This document shows, piece after piece, positions 1 to 9,385 of a stretch of 64,000 nt of DNA (positions within the stretch are counted from its first letter, which is position 1; every line of letters begins with the position of its first letter). The stretch comes from a virus: positions 32,001 through 96,000 of IMG/VR virus record IMGVR_UViG_3300025437_000011. One strand, 5' to 3'. The notes below the pieces were generated by a model that searched no databases, was not told the DNA's origin, and saw nothing but the letters and a program-made list of their open reading frames with translations. A program made the position numbers and the translations under genes.

Positions 1-1674
1 CCTGCACCCGCATCATTTTGGCAGAGTTCTGGTAGTGGCTACTATGGCCCATGTTATTCATATACTCAAACAAGTGGTTCTTTGAATTTAACTACTGGAA
101 CTTATGCGATGGTTTATAATAAAACTGTTCCTAATAGTGCAACTTTACTTTCAACAATATACACAGGACAAGATCAGTCAAATAATATATATTATGGTGG
201 GTATGAGTTTGGAGTTACAGCAAATAATTATTTGTATTTTGAATATTATTCAATAAATGGCCCACAGGTTTTTAGTTCCAACATTCCACTTTCGGATAAG
301 GCGGCGGTTTTTTTAACATTAGATACGGATAAGGTTTCTTTTGGTAACTATGATTATTTTACATCGCAATTAAATAGTCAAAACATTCCAATTAGTACTT
401 CTTATTTATTTGCTCCAACTGGGGTTTATGTGGGATATAATCCGAATGCTACGGGTATTTATTGTCATAATAAACCTTTTACTGGATACATAGATGAAGT
501 GCTATTTTCCACACAACCACTTCAAAGCAGTTCCCTGTCCACGTTATTTAGTGGCTTTGTTAATAATTACGTACCGTCTACTTCTACAAATTTATCTGGA
601 ATGGTAACTGGGATAACAGGTAGTGGAACTTATTATTCTGGATACTATACTGCAATAACTGGCTATAGTTCAAATCCAACTGGGCTTGTGTATGATTGGT
701 TTGGAAATACTTATACTGGATATCAGGTAACACCATTGACTGGAACTGTTTCTGGTAGCGGCACTGTTCTTTTAACTGGTTCTTTTTATGTAACTACTGG
801 GCAAAATAGCACACCAGACATTATAACATTAAATACTGGTTTTAGGGCAACTTTTGGTAAGACCTCAATTAATTTAATTTATCCAATTATTAGTGGTGAT
901 ATGATTGATGTTAATTTGCCCTCTTTTAATTACCCTGCTGTTTACGAAAATAATTTATCGTTAAGTTATAACAAAATAAACCAGTCTTTTTATAATTCAT
1001 ATTTGCAAAATAATAATTTTAATAATTACGTTGTATTTCATGACGGACTAGCTTTGAATTCTGGTTTATATAATAATTTTGGCGGCGTGTATAATCCTCA
1101 GACTCAAATTTTAAATGATTATTTTGTAGATACTAATAATGAGATTATTTTAGGTACTGGTTTTAATGTAGATATTAATACATTAGATGTTATCATGGCC
1201 GATACTTTTACTGGAATTTATAATTCTGGAATGTATATTTCGAATTTTAACTTAACAGCTTTGGCGGCATCTTCTGGTGTTTATGTTTTACCTTGGAATG
1301 CTTATTTATATAATATATATTATAATGGACAAAAGTTATTAAGTGGAAATAATTCTAATATTAATATATTAACACACTATGGCATTACAGGAAATGGGTC
1401 TTCTATTTATTTTCAAACTGGATCTATTTTTGATAATAATCAAGGCCAGCTATTTGCGCTCCCCCGAAATTTCCAAATTGAAATAACTGGAAATGCACAA
1501 ACATTCTATAATTTGCCACAATTTTATAATGGTTATTCTGAAGTATATCGGAATGGTGAGCGCCTATTTGTAGAAGAAGACTATTTAGAATTAGCAACTT
1601 ATGATATAAATTCTGGGCAGGGTATTTTTGATACTCACCCGTATTTATTATATAATAATAACGATTTGTTTTAA
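1..1674 (+). CDS. Virion structural protein with LamG/concanavalin-like N-terminal region (5'-partial)
   Basis: Frame is open from base 1 (PAPASFWQSSGSGYY...), so the gene starts upstream of the window. FTGYIDEVLFS resembles the LamG C-terminal strand. Rich in S/T/G/Y/N. Confidence 0.6.
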   Translation, partial: PAPASFWQSSGSGYYGPCYSYTQTSGSLNLTTGTYAMVYNKTVPNSATLLSTIYTGQDQSNNIYYGGYEFGVTANNYLYFEYYSINGPQVFSSNIPLSDKAAVFLTLDTDKVSFGNYDYFTSQLNSQNIPISTSYLFAPTGVYVGYNPNATGIYCHNKPFTGYIDEVLFSTQPLQSSSLSTLFSGFVNNYVPSTSTNLSGMVTGITGSGTYYSGYYTAITGYSSNPTGLVYDWFGNTYTGYQVTPLTGTVSGSGTVLLTGSFYVTTGQNSTPDIITLNTGFRATFGKTSINLIYPIISGDMIDVNLPSFNYPAVYENNLSLSYNKINQSFYNSYLQNNNFNNYVVFHDGLALNSGLYNNFGGVYNPQTQILNDYFVDTNNEIILGTGFNVDINTLDVIMADTFTGIYNSGMYISNFNLTALAASSGVYVLPWNAYLYNIYYNGQKLLSGNNSNINILTHYGITGNGSSIYFQTGSIFDNNQGQLFALPRNFQIEITGNAQTFYNLPQFYNGYSEVYRNGERLFVEEDYLELATYDINSGQGIFDTHPYLLYNNNDLF

Positions 1675-1677
1675 AAA

Positions 1678-4371
1678 ATGACCACAAGGAATTTAATAAC
1701 TGCGCCACAAATTAGAGGAGATAATTTCTTTGGAGGTTTGCCATATGGAGTCAGTTGGGATTTTAAAGATGGGTCTACTCCATCAACATTAAAGGTTCAA
1801 TTGGTGAATGAGTTGGGGCAGTATACCGTTACCTCGAATGATTTGTCTTATTTAAAGTCTTCTACTGTAACTATTGGAAACTTGGTTTTTAGGGGTTATT
1901 TGACTGATTTTTCTATAGAAAAAACTCCAGAACAAAAAATTTTAACCCTAGAATACACTGATCTTAGTGCGGACTTGGAGCGTTGGTATGTTGGTTTGTA
2001 TAATAGATATGGATACGCCACAAATAAAGACGCAAGATTAATTATCGTTGGAAAGATCTACCATCCTTGCGATCAAGCTTTAAGCTCTACCGCTGGTGCA
2101 AATAATCATTCATCTTTGGATGTTTGTGACCCCTGCCCATTTATGCCTTATGATAAGTATGCAAATTCTTGTGGTGGAACAGCTACTTCTCCGGCCGCTT
2201 TAATAGATTTTCAAATCTTTGAAGTATGGTATACTTTTGATGATTTATATAATGAGATATCAAAATATTTTTCGGTTAGTGGTGGGGATAAAATTACTAA
2301 AAATAGCAACAATTATCCGTTCAGGGCTCAACATACGGGTAGCTTAAAAAGGGTTCTAGATGCTTGGTGTGCAGACTTGGGTTTAGTATATTATTGGGAT
2401 CCATTTGTTAATAAATTATTTTTCATAGATCGGTCAAAACCTATTAATATACCACCTGCTAATATTGTCGGGGCCGACCCTTTAATTGTTGACTTTACAT
2501 ATGGGGCAAGTAAAAAAAATACCTTCTCTAGGGGATTTCTTGGATATTTTTCAAAAGATGGGTCTATACATGATTATAATTGCACTATTGATCCTACACA
2601 GAGTTTTATTGATACTGCGCCCGTAACTTTTGAGGATTTAATTGGTGTAGATGATGATGGGGATTATAGTGTGGGAACTTATTCTTATTTACAAAAATTA
2701 CAAATACAAACTGCTTTGGCCTATTACAGTAGGGCATTAAGAGATTCATTTTTATGGTTCGGATATTATGAAATTATTACTAAGGATGGGGCGAAATCAG
2801 CTATAGGTCAGTCATTAATTGAGTTTGGTAATATGGAAATATTAGATGTATATTCTCAAGATGACTCTTCTCCTGAAAAGTTTAAAAATATAAACGAGAA
2901 TTTGCCATCACAAAAAAAACAAGATCTAGCGGGATTTAGCTATTATTATATAGTTGCATCTTATGATGATGATCTTGCTAGTAGTCAGTTTACAAATGTA
3001 GAGGATAGAGCAAATAATTTATTAGGTAAATATTGGTACTCTAGGTTTAATACTCCTATACCAGGTGGAACAAATGCGAATACAAATGTAAATGTAAATA
3101 CTGCAGATGGGGGAAGTGGAAATTGGTATATAAGTGGTACTGATTTATCTACATTACCTATTTTTAAATTTGGATTTGCTGCTGATTCAAATATTGGTAA
3201 CTTGGTAACTGCTTCTAATACAGATGATGAAAATAATAGTACTTTAATAGATTCTGGAGTTTCCGGTGGTGGAAATTATGTTACTGGAGAGCAAGATAAA
3301 GTTGTGACTTCTTTTGTTCTTGCAACAAGGGAGCCGCAATGGTGGCCTAGTAAAGACAAGATACAAGATTATAATTCTCTATTTAAATGGTACGATGACT
3401 TATTGCCAGAGCTTTTTGATGATGGTCGTCCAGAGGTTTTATTTAATATTTACCCTGAAGCGTTAAAAGATCCAACTATAAAGTTATTTATTGCCAAGGA
3501 ATATCCTGCATTAAGATCTTCTGATAAATATCAGATTATAATACAACAGGGGTCTAACGATAATGAACCTACATCTCAATCTCCCAAAAATAAAATTGAA
3601 CAAGATGTTTTAGGTAATCCTGTTAAATTATTTGAGGGTATGTGGGGTTTAAGATCTAATAAAACGTGGATATTAAGTCTACCCGGTATGTCTATAACTC
3701 TTCCCGTTGGGGCGTGGAAGTCAAATGGCGCAAGTCAAAATTCTAGTTCAGATTTTGTTAGCGGACAAACATCTAGTTTGGGAAAAACTTCGATTATTGA
3801 TCCAGCTGCTCCAGCTTATACCATTGCACTAAATGTTTCAGAAAGTTTTAAAAAAGTATTACCAAAAGTGGAACATGTTTATCAGCAGTTAGTATCAAGT
3901 ATAGATGTAGCTAAAATTGATTATCACTTTAAGGATATTAGAGAAAATAATTTAAGTTTAGTGCAGGGGATTAATAGGTCTTGTATTCCTACTGGAGGTG
4001 ATATTGATAATTATCTAAAGCAAATATCTCAGAATTCTTTTTATTCTATGCCAACGGCACAGCAGAGAATTTCTTATAAAATAGCTGGAGTGAATCCCAC
4101 TACTAGCTATTCAATTAGTCAGGGACTATCTTCTATTCAGATATCTTTAACAAATAATGGATTCTATACTTCATATACATTAGAAGATAAGATCATTCGT
4201 GCGCCAAGTGATGATTATGTTTTGCAGTCATTAATCGCAAGAACCATAGATCGTGGCACCCTGTCTTCCAGTCAGCAAAATGGCCCAACAGCAAAGATGA
4301 TAGGAAACTCATACAATAATAGTCAGGGTAGTTTTAATAACACTCCAAATCCGGGACAAATTAAGCAATAA
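1678..4371 (+). CDS. Large virion structural protein (tail/baseplate hub-like)
   Basis: 897 aa within a tightly coupled structural operon. N-terminal beta-rich region and DLGLVYYWD motif are reminiscent of tail hub proteins. Confidence 0.45.
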   Translation: MTTRNLITAPQIRGDNFFGGLPYGVSWDFKDGSTPSTLKVQLVNELGQYTVTSNDLSYLKSSTVTIGNLVFRGYLTDFSIEKTPEQKILTLEYTDLSADLERWYVGLYNRYGYATNKDARLIIVGKIYHPCDQALSSTAGANNHSSLDVCDPCPFMPYDKYANSCGGTATSPAALIDFQIFEVWYTFDDLYNEISKYFSVSGGDKITKNSNNYPFRAQHTGSLKRVLDAWCADLGLVYYWDPFVNKLFFIDRSKPINIPPANIVGADPLIVDFTYGASKKNTFSRGFLGYFSKDGSIHDYNCTIDPTQSFIDTAPVTFEDLIGVDDDGDYSVGTYSYLQKLQIQTALAYYSRALRDSFLWFGYYEIITKDGAKSAIGQSLIEFGNMEILDVYSQDDSSPEKFKNINENLPSQKKQDLAGFSYYYIVASYDDDLASSQFTNVEDRANNLLGKYWYSRFNTPIPGGTNANTNVNVNTADGGSGNWYISGTDLSTLPIFKFGFAADSNIGNLVTASNTDDENNSTLIDSGVSGGGNYVTGEQDKVVTSFVLATREPQWWPSKDKIQDYNSLFKWYDDLLPELFDDGRPEVLFNIYPEALKDPTIKLFIAKEYPALRSSDKYQIIIQQGSNDNEPTSQSPKNKIEQDVLGNPVKLFEGMWGLRSNKTWILSLPGMSITLPVGAWKSNGASQNSSSDFVSGQTSSLGKTSIIDPAAPAYTIALNVSESFKKVLPKVEHVYQQLVSSIDVAKIDYHFKDIRENNLSLVQGINRSCIPTGGDIDNYLKQISQNSFYSMPTAQQRISYKIAGVNPTTSYSISQGLSSIQISLTNNGFYTSYTLEDKIIRAPSDDYVLQSLIARTIDRGTLSSSQQNGPTAKMIGNSYNNSQGSFNNTPNPGQIKQ

Positions 4372-6710
4372 TGATTAATATAACTGGCATAAGATATCGC
4401 AATATTTACCCCCAATCGGGAGTAAGTTGGTCTACTTATGTTCGCCCAAATCAAACATCCGGACACTGTCAGTTTTTATTTTCGGGAAGTAGTGGTAATT
4501 GTGTTGTATTTGATTTATACAATGGAAAAATATTATCTTCAGATAAAAGATTGCTGGGCTCGTATAAGAGTGGGGATAATTTGTTTTTTTCGGGAAATTT
4601 ATCTCCTAGCGGCGCTGATTTATATTTAAATTCTATTCCTTTGTATTTGGGGTTAAATATTGCTAATGTAAACCAATTATTTTCTGGAGTGTATTTTAAA
4701 AATTTAGGGCAAAGTTCTATAGGTTTTAATAACCTTACAATTTATGGCGACAATATACCTCCATATTTTTATCAGCCTTTTTATACTTTTTATAAAGGTC
4801 AGGCCACAATTCCAATTCAGCTTGTTAATAGTGGTAATTATCCTATTACTGTCTATTCTGGATATTCTTCTTACAGCGCATTTCCTATAACTGGTACTAA
4901 TCCATTGGTTAATATTCCTAGTGGCGGAACTGGTTATATTTACGCATCAAATACTAATTCAATAGATCTTTCCTCTAAAACAAAATCTATTTCAATATCC
5001 TTATATACAAATATAGGTGTTATTCCTATGTCTGTAAATATTTCCGGATTGTTTACTAATACATTATCTCTGATTAACTTGGGGCCAACTAGTAATATTA
5101 TAAAAAATAATGTGCCAAATGTTTATAGCTTGACATATAGAAATACAGCGCAAACCCCCGTTAGTGTTTCTTTGGCATATGTCAGTGGATATACTGGAAA
5201 TGTATATAGTCCAATTCAAGTTGTTCAAAAATATTCGCAAATAGTAACTGGTTTAATTTCTGGCAGTGGAATTTTTTCTAAATTTTTACAGAATCCATCT
5301 ACTGGAACTGGAACTCCTACTTATTATGTACAGCAGTACAATACAGTTTTAGGCAGGAATGAAACTACTACCGCATCTGGGATTTTATCTACTGCTTCTT
5401 TGTATGCGCCAGATAGTTCAGTTAGTCAAAATATATCTTATACTGCAAGTGGATTGGGAAGTATTTGGTCTGGAAAGAGTTGTATTATTAACGGATCTGG
5501 AATTGCTTATGGTATAATGTGTTCTGGATATGTTGATTATATAACTGGCGGAATATTAACGGGAAATGTACCACTGGGAACACCAATGTCCCAAGTTTAT
5601 TTTAATAATTTATTTACTGGCTATTTAACGGGAGCGGGAGCAAGTTCTTCTTTTGTTTATACTCCTAATAATTCTTTAGTTTTAAATTCTGCATTATTAC
5701 CATCACAATATTCAATCAATTATTTGAGTGCTATTGGTTCGGGGTATGTAACTGGAACTCCAACTGGTAGTGCGTTAGTACAATCAAATGTAACTGGTTA
5801 TTTTTATAATCCAGTAACTACTGGGTTATATTTTAATAAAATTTTAAGCGGAATTGCAACTGGAAATAATGGATTTATAACCACGACTGTAACGGGTAGT
5901 GTTTATTTAGTAGATCCTATTGTTGTGTCAAGCTATTCTTCTATTATAGATTATGCAGCTTTAACATATATAAATAGTGATATATTTTTTACTGGAAATA
6001 TGGCATCTATTGCGCCGAGTAATATTTCTAATGTTTTAATTTATAGCAACCCTACTGGATTAATAATTGGGACTTCTTCTTATGGTTATTTTAACGGTGC
6101 GGGAACTTTAATTGGAAGTCAAACGGGAACAATTGTTTATGCTATTAATAATGATGGTAATGTTTATAATTTTACTGGTGCAAATCAGTTTAGTGTGAAT
6201 ACTTTAACTGGTAGCTATAATGTTTCTGTCGCGGCAACTGGAACTGGATCATGGTTGGCAACGGGAAATTTAACTGGACAACTTTACGCATATCAGGGTA
6301 AAAGGTCTTTTACTGGGGTTTGGACGTTTGCTACTGGTAAAAATATATCTAAATTGAATAACGTTCCGACTTCTGGCACAAGCGGTAATTTGTATGCTCA
6401 ATATTTATCAAGTAGTATAGGTATAAATTCAAATTATGTTTCGCAATTAAGTATTGGTTATAATGATTTATTCTCAATTACCAATAACTCTCCATATATA
6501 GACTCTGCTATTCTTAATGTATCTGGAAAAAACTTTATAGCTCAAGGATATGACAGTGGCGTGTCTTTATATATACAAAATAATACAGGCATATCAAGTT
6601 CTATTAATCCTGCTTTAAATTGTCCACCTGGTTATTATTGGAATAATTGTTGGAATTACTGTATACAATGCACGGGGGCTTGGGATATGTCTGCATGTAA
6701 TTGTTTCTAA
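4371..6710 (+). CDS. Ser/Thr/Gly-rich virion structural protein with Cys-rich C-terminus
   Basis: 779 aa; TAATG stop/start overlap; about 56 [ST]G dipeptides; ends CPPGYYWNNCWNYCIQCTGAWDMSACNCF. Confidence 0.55.
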   Translation: MINITGIRYRNIYPQSGVSWSTYVRPNQTSGHCQFLFSGSSGNCVVFDLYNGKILSSDKRLLGSYKSGDNLFFSGNLSPSGADLYLNSIPLYLGLNIANVNQLFSGVYFKNLGQSSIGFNNLTIYGDNIPPYFYQPFYTFYKGQATIPIQLVNSGNYPITVYSGYSSYSAFPITGTNPLVNIPSGGTGYIYASNTNSIDLSSKTKSISISLYTNIGVIPMSVNISGLFTNTLSLINLGPTSNIIKNNVPNVYSLTYRNTAQTPVSVSLAYVSGYTGNVYSPIQVVQKYSQIVTGLISGSGIFSKFLQNPSTGTGTPTYYVQQYNTVLGRNETTTASGILSTASLYAPDSSVSQNISYTASGLGSIWSGKSCIINGSGIAYGIMCSGYVDYITGGILTGNVPLGTPMSQVYFNNLFTGYLTGAGASSSFVYTPNNSLVLNSALLPSQYSINYLSAIGSGYVTGTPTGSALVQSNVTGYFYNPVTTGLYFNKILSGIATGNNGFITTTVTGSVYLVDPIVVSSYSSIIDYAALTYINSDIFFTGNMASIAPSNISNVLIYSNPTGLIIGTSSYGYFNGAGTLIGSQTGTIVYAINNDGNVYNFTGANQFSVNTLTGSYNVSVAATGTGSWLATGNLTGQLYAYQGKRSFTGVWTFATGKNISKLNNVPTSGTSGNLYAQYLSSSIGINSNYVSQLSIGYNDLFSITNNSPYIDSAILNVSGKNFIAQGYDSGVSLYIQNNTGISSSINPALNCPPGYYWNNCWNYCIQCTGAWDMSACNCF

Positions 6711-6723
6711 ATATATAAAAATT

Positions 6724-7368
6724 ATGGCATATTTTAAATCATTTTCATCTGGAAATCTTCCCCCGAACTTACCCTTCTTTTTGTATCCCACTATTGATAA
6801 TGATGGCATAAATGCGCTTGCAGTAACTTATGGAGAGGTAGATGGTATTCCGCCAAAAGAAATGCTAGATGCACAAGGAAATAATATTGATTATTTAGTC
6901 TATGCTTCTGACATTGGAGAGTGGACGGTATTATTAATGACAACCTTTAATGGAGATACTTTTAGAATAGAAAAAAGTGATATTATTTTTGTTAATTCTT
7001 CTTTTGTTGATTCCTATACGGAAAGTGACACTATAAAATATGTGGTGATAGGTACAGCTATGGTGACTCAAGACCCAATTACTGGAAACTATTCTTATTC
7101 AGTAACTCTTCAGGCACGTGTTGGTAACGTATACACAGATAGAGCGGTATTTATTTCTGACCAAGATGGTAAGCAGACACTTTATATGGATTATAAAAGT
7201 TTAGTTTTGATTCCAGATGGTAATCCAACTGGTGGTACTCCCAATTTTAAAACTAAATTAACTGTGCCCCCATTAGATGGGGGTAGTGATGCTAGTTGGC
7301 GGCAGATATATGTTTGTGTAGATGGTGTTACCAAAACTATGTATGTTTTTGGGACTGTGCCTAAGTAA
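6724..7368 (+). CDS. Hypothetical protein, probably virion-associated
   Basis: 214 aa, acidic and beta-rich; last gene of the structural run. Confidence 0.45.
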   Translation: MAYFKSFSSGNLPPNLPFFLYPTIDNDGINALAVTYGEVDGIPPKEMLDAQGNNIDYLVYASDIGEWTVLLMTTFNGDTFRIEKSDIIFVNSSFVDSYTESDTIKYVVIGTAMVTQDPITGNYSYSVTLQARVGNVYTDRAVFISDQDGKQTLYMDYKSLVLIPDGNPTGGTPNFKTKLTVPPLDGGSDASWRQIYVCVDGVTKTMYVFGTVPK

Positions 7369-7381
7369 CTCTAATATAGTA

Positions 7382-8167
7382 TTATTTAATTTTTGAATTT
7401 TTATTCTTAATCCCACTTACAATAGTAAAGATTGATAAAGGAGGGATATCATCACATGATTGCCATGTTTCAGCTCCTTCAATTTTCTTTTTAATTGCAC
7501 CCTCTTTAATTTGCTCAAAAGAAATATTATAATCATTCATTGTTTTTTGCAATAGAGACGCTGGCTGGGAAGATGTTCCCTCTGATTCTTGAGTGATGGG
7601 TGATGAGTTTTTTCCGCCCATTTCATCACTACCAACAATATGAATCTTTAAAAAACTACGCACACAACGAACAAAAGCGCGATTTTCAGCAATCGCCATT
7701 AAAAAGTTTTTAGCAAAATTATGTGTATTATCCCAATGGGCATCGGCAAGGGATGAAAAGCTAACTGCTTTACTGCCTGTCTCATAATTTGGCGTAAATT
7801 CAATAGTACATTTAACTGCAACATAATCCGGTCTAGATTCTATAACCTGATATGAAACATCTTTAAAGCCCCTAATTTGAGCTAGTTCCTTAATACCAGC
7901 TAGTAGGATTAATAATTTATTATCTGGAAGTGTTGTGACATCTAAAGACTTTAGGTCAAGATTTTGATCATTTTTAAAGGCATCCTTATTTGGAACAAGA
8001 TACTCTGGGCGGATCATTGCGCGCCAGTTAATCGTATTGTCATCATTAAAGACATAATCAACCCCATTTAAAAAACCATATTCATCTCTAGAATAGCCAA
8101 TTACTTTATCTAAATATCGAGTCACGCCAAGCTCACTCGGAACTTCAGTATTTTTATCTTTTGCCAT
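7382..8167 (-). CDS. Putative Rad52/Sak-like single-strand annealing protein
   Basis: AVKCTIEF...ADA...MAIAENRAFVRCVRSFLKI resembles the Rad52-family core helix. ATG at 8167 is preferred because it lies just after a promoter. Confidence 0.5.
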   Translation of the reverse strand: MAKDKNTEVPSELGVTRYLDKVIGYSRDEYGFLNGVDYVFNDDNTINWRAMIRPEYLVPNKDAFKNDQNLDLKSLDVTTLPDNKLLILLAGIKELAQIRGFKDVSYQVIESRPDYVAVKCTIEFTPNYETGSKAVSFSSLADAHWDNTHNFAKNFLMAIAENRAFVRCVRSFLKIHIVGSDEMGGKNSSPITQESEGTSSQPASLLQKTMNDYNISFEQIKEGAIKKKIEGAETWQSCDDIPPLSIFTIVSGIKNKNSKIK

Positions 8168-8172
8168 ACCCA

Positions 8173-8201
8173 ATCGTATAACAATTTTTTGAGACTGTCA
8201 A
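8173..8201 (-). promoter_or_regulatory. sigma70-like promoter
   Basis: TTGACA-17-TACGAT on the minus strand, 5 nt before ATG 8167. Confidence 0.65.
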
Positions 8202-8205
8202 TAGT

Positions 8206-9384
8206 TTATTCTATAAGCCAACAGAATTCTAAATCTTGCAAAAGAGTTTCTTTATTTTTTATTTTACTTAGTGGGATAAAATCATTACTTGATTCAATTG
8301 AAATATCTTCTAGTTGACAGGCCCTGCTATTATAGACTTTTTGATTCGATAATAAGATTCTATTGGTTTTAAATTTAAAATTATCTGATAGCTCTGGAGC
8401 GTTCTCTACATTTTTCTTGAATTCTTGTATGCCACAAAATTCCATTAGTTGAAATTTTCTATGCTCAAGCTCATCTTTTGTAGAACAACAGGTATCGAAT
8501 ACACAGACATATGGTATTCCTAATTTTTCCATTTGTTCTATAAAGGGTAATTCTACTTCTTTGGTTACTTCATAAATAACCATTGTTAAATTTTGTTTAA
8601 ATTGTAAGAAAGGCGTACAATTAAATCCTTTATCGGTTACTATGGCGCATCTTCTAGTGGCAACGTTTTGTAACATTGACCTAAATATTAATTCGTTTAA
8701 TGAATCTGAATAATCTAAACGTATATTTAATACATCTTCTTTAAAGAAGTTTGGATCTATTACTTGATCTGCTGTTGTTTCAATTAATCTATCCTTATAT
8801 CTATTTCCAGTATAGATTGTTTTGATTTTTATATCGTCAGATTCAAATAGTAATTTATTTACCGATGAGATGATATCTTCTATTTTAATTAGATTAATTG
8901 TTTTTGGTGACTCATTAGGATTAAAGCTAGGCTTATGATTGTCGCTTGGCTTTAAATTGATCTGTTTATTATTCCAATACGGCCCGGCGATTTCTGGCAG
9001 AGTTACGCTATATAATGCAACCGTCGGGATGTCAAATGCACTACACATGTGTACCGCAAAACTATCATTACCAAGATGTAAGCTCGAATTGGATAGGATA
9101 TATGCAGTTTGATTTATAGTTGTTTTGCCTTGTAGATTAATGCATGCATTTAAAACTTTATCTTCTGGGCCTCCAATTTGAATTATTTTATAACCATTGG
9201 CTTCTAGTTTGGGTAATAGTAAATTAATAACTTCTTGAAAATAATCATAGCACTTGCCGGGCATGCCACTACTATTTTGTACAGTAATATACTTTTCTGC
9301 ATCTATTGGGAAAAATTTCTTTACAATTGTAGGCTTCCCAATTTTGCTTCCCGTTGATAGTGCGTATCTGTCTAGTAAGTGCAT
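8206..9384 (-). CDS. GT9 (heptosyltransferase-like) C-terminal domain plus unknown C-terminal domain
   Basis: IIQIGG, NLQGKTTINQTAYIL and HLGNDSFAVHMCSAFDIPTVALY match the GT9 C-terminal Rossmann signature. Confidence 0.75.
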   Translation of the reverse strand: MHLLDRYALSTGSKIGKPTIVKKFFPIDAEKYITVQNSSGMPGKCYDYFQEVINLLLPKLEANGYKIIQIGGPEDKVLNACINLQGKTTINQTAYILSNSSLHLGNDSFAVHMCSAFDIPTVALYSVTLPEIAGPYWNNKQINLKPSDNHKPSFNPNESPKTINLIKIEDIISSVNKLLFESDDIKIKTIYTGNRYKDRLIETTADQVIDPNFFKEDVLNIRLDYSDSLNELIFRSMLQNVATRRCAIVTDKGFNCTPFLQFKQNLTMVIYEVTKEVELPFIEQMEKLGIPYVCVFDTCCSTKDELEHRKFQLMEFCGIQEFKKNVENAPELSDNFKFKTNRILLSNQKVYNSRACQLEDISIESSNDFIPLSKIKNKETLLQDLEFCWLIE

Positions 9385-9385
9385 A

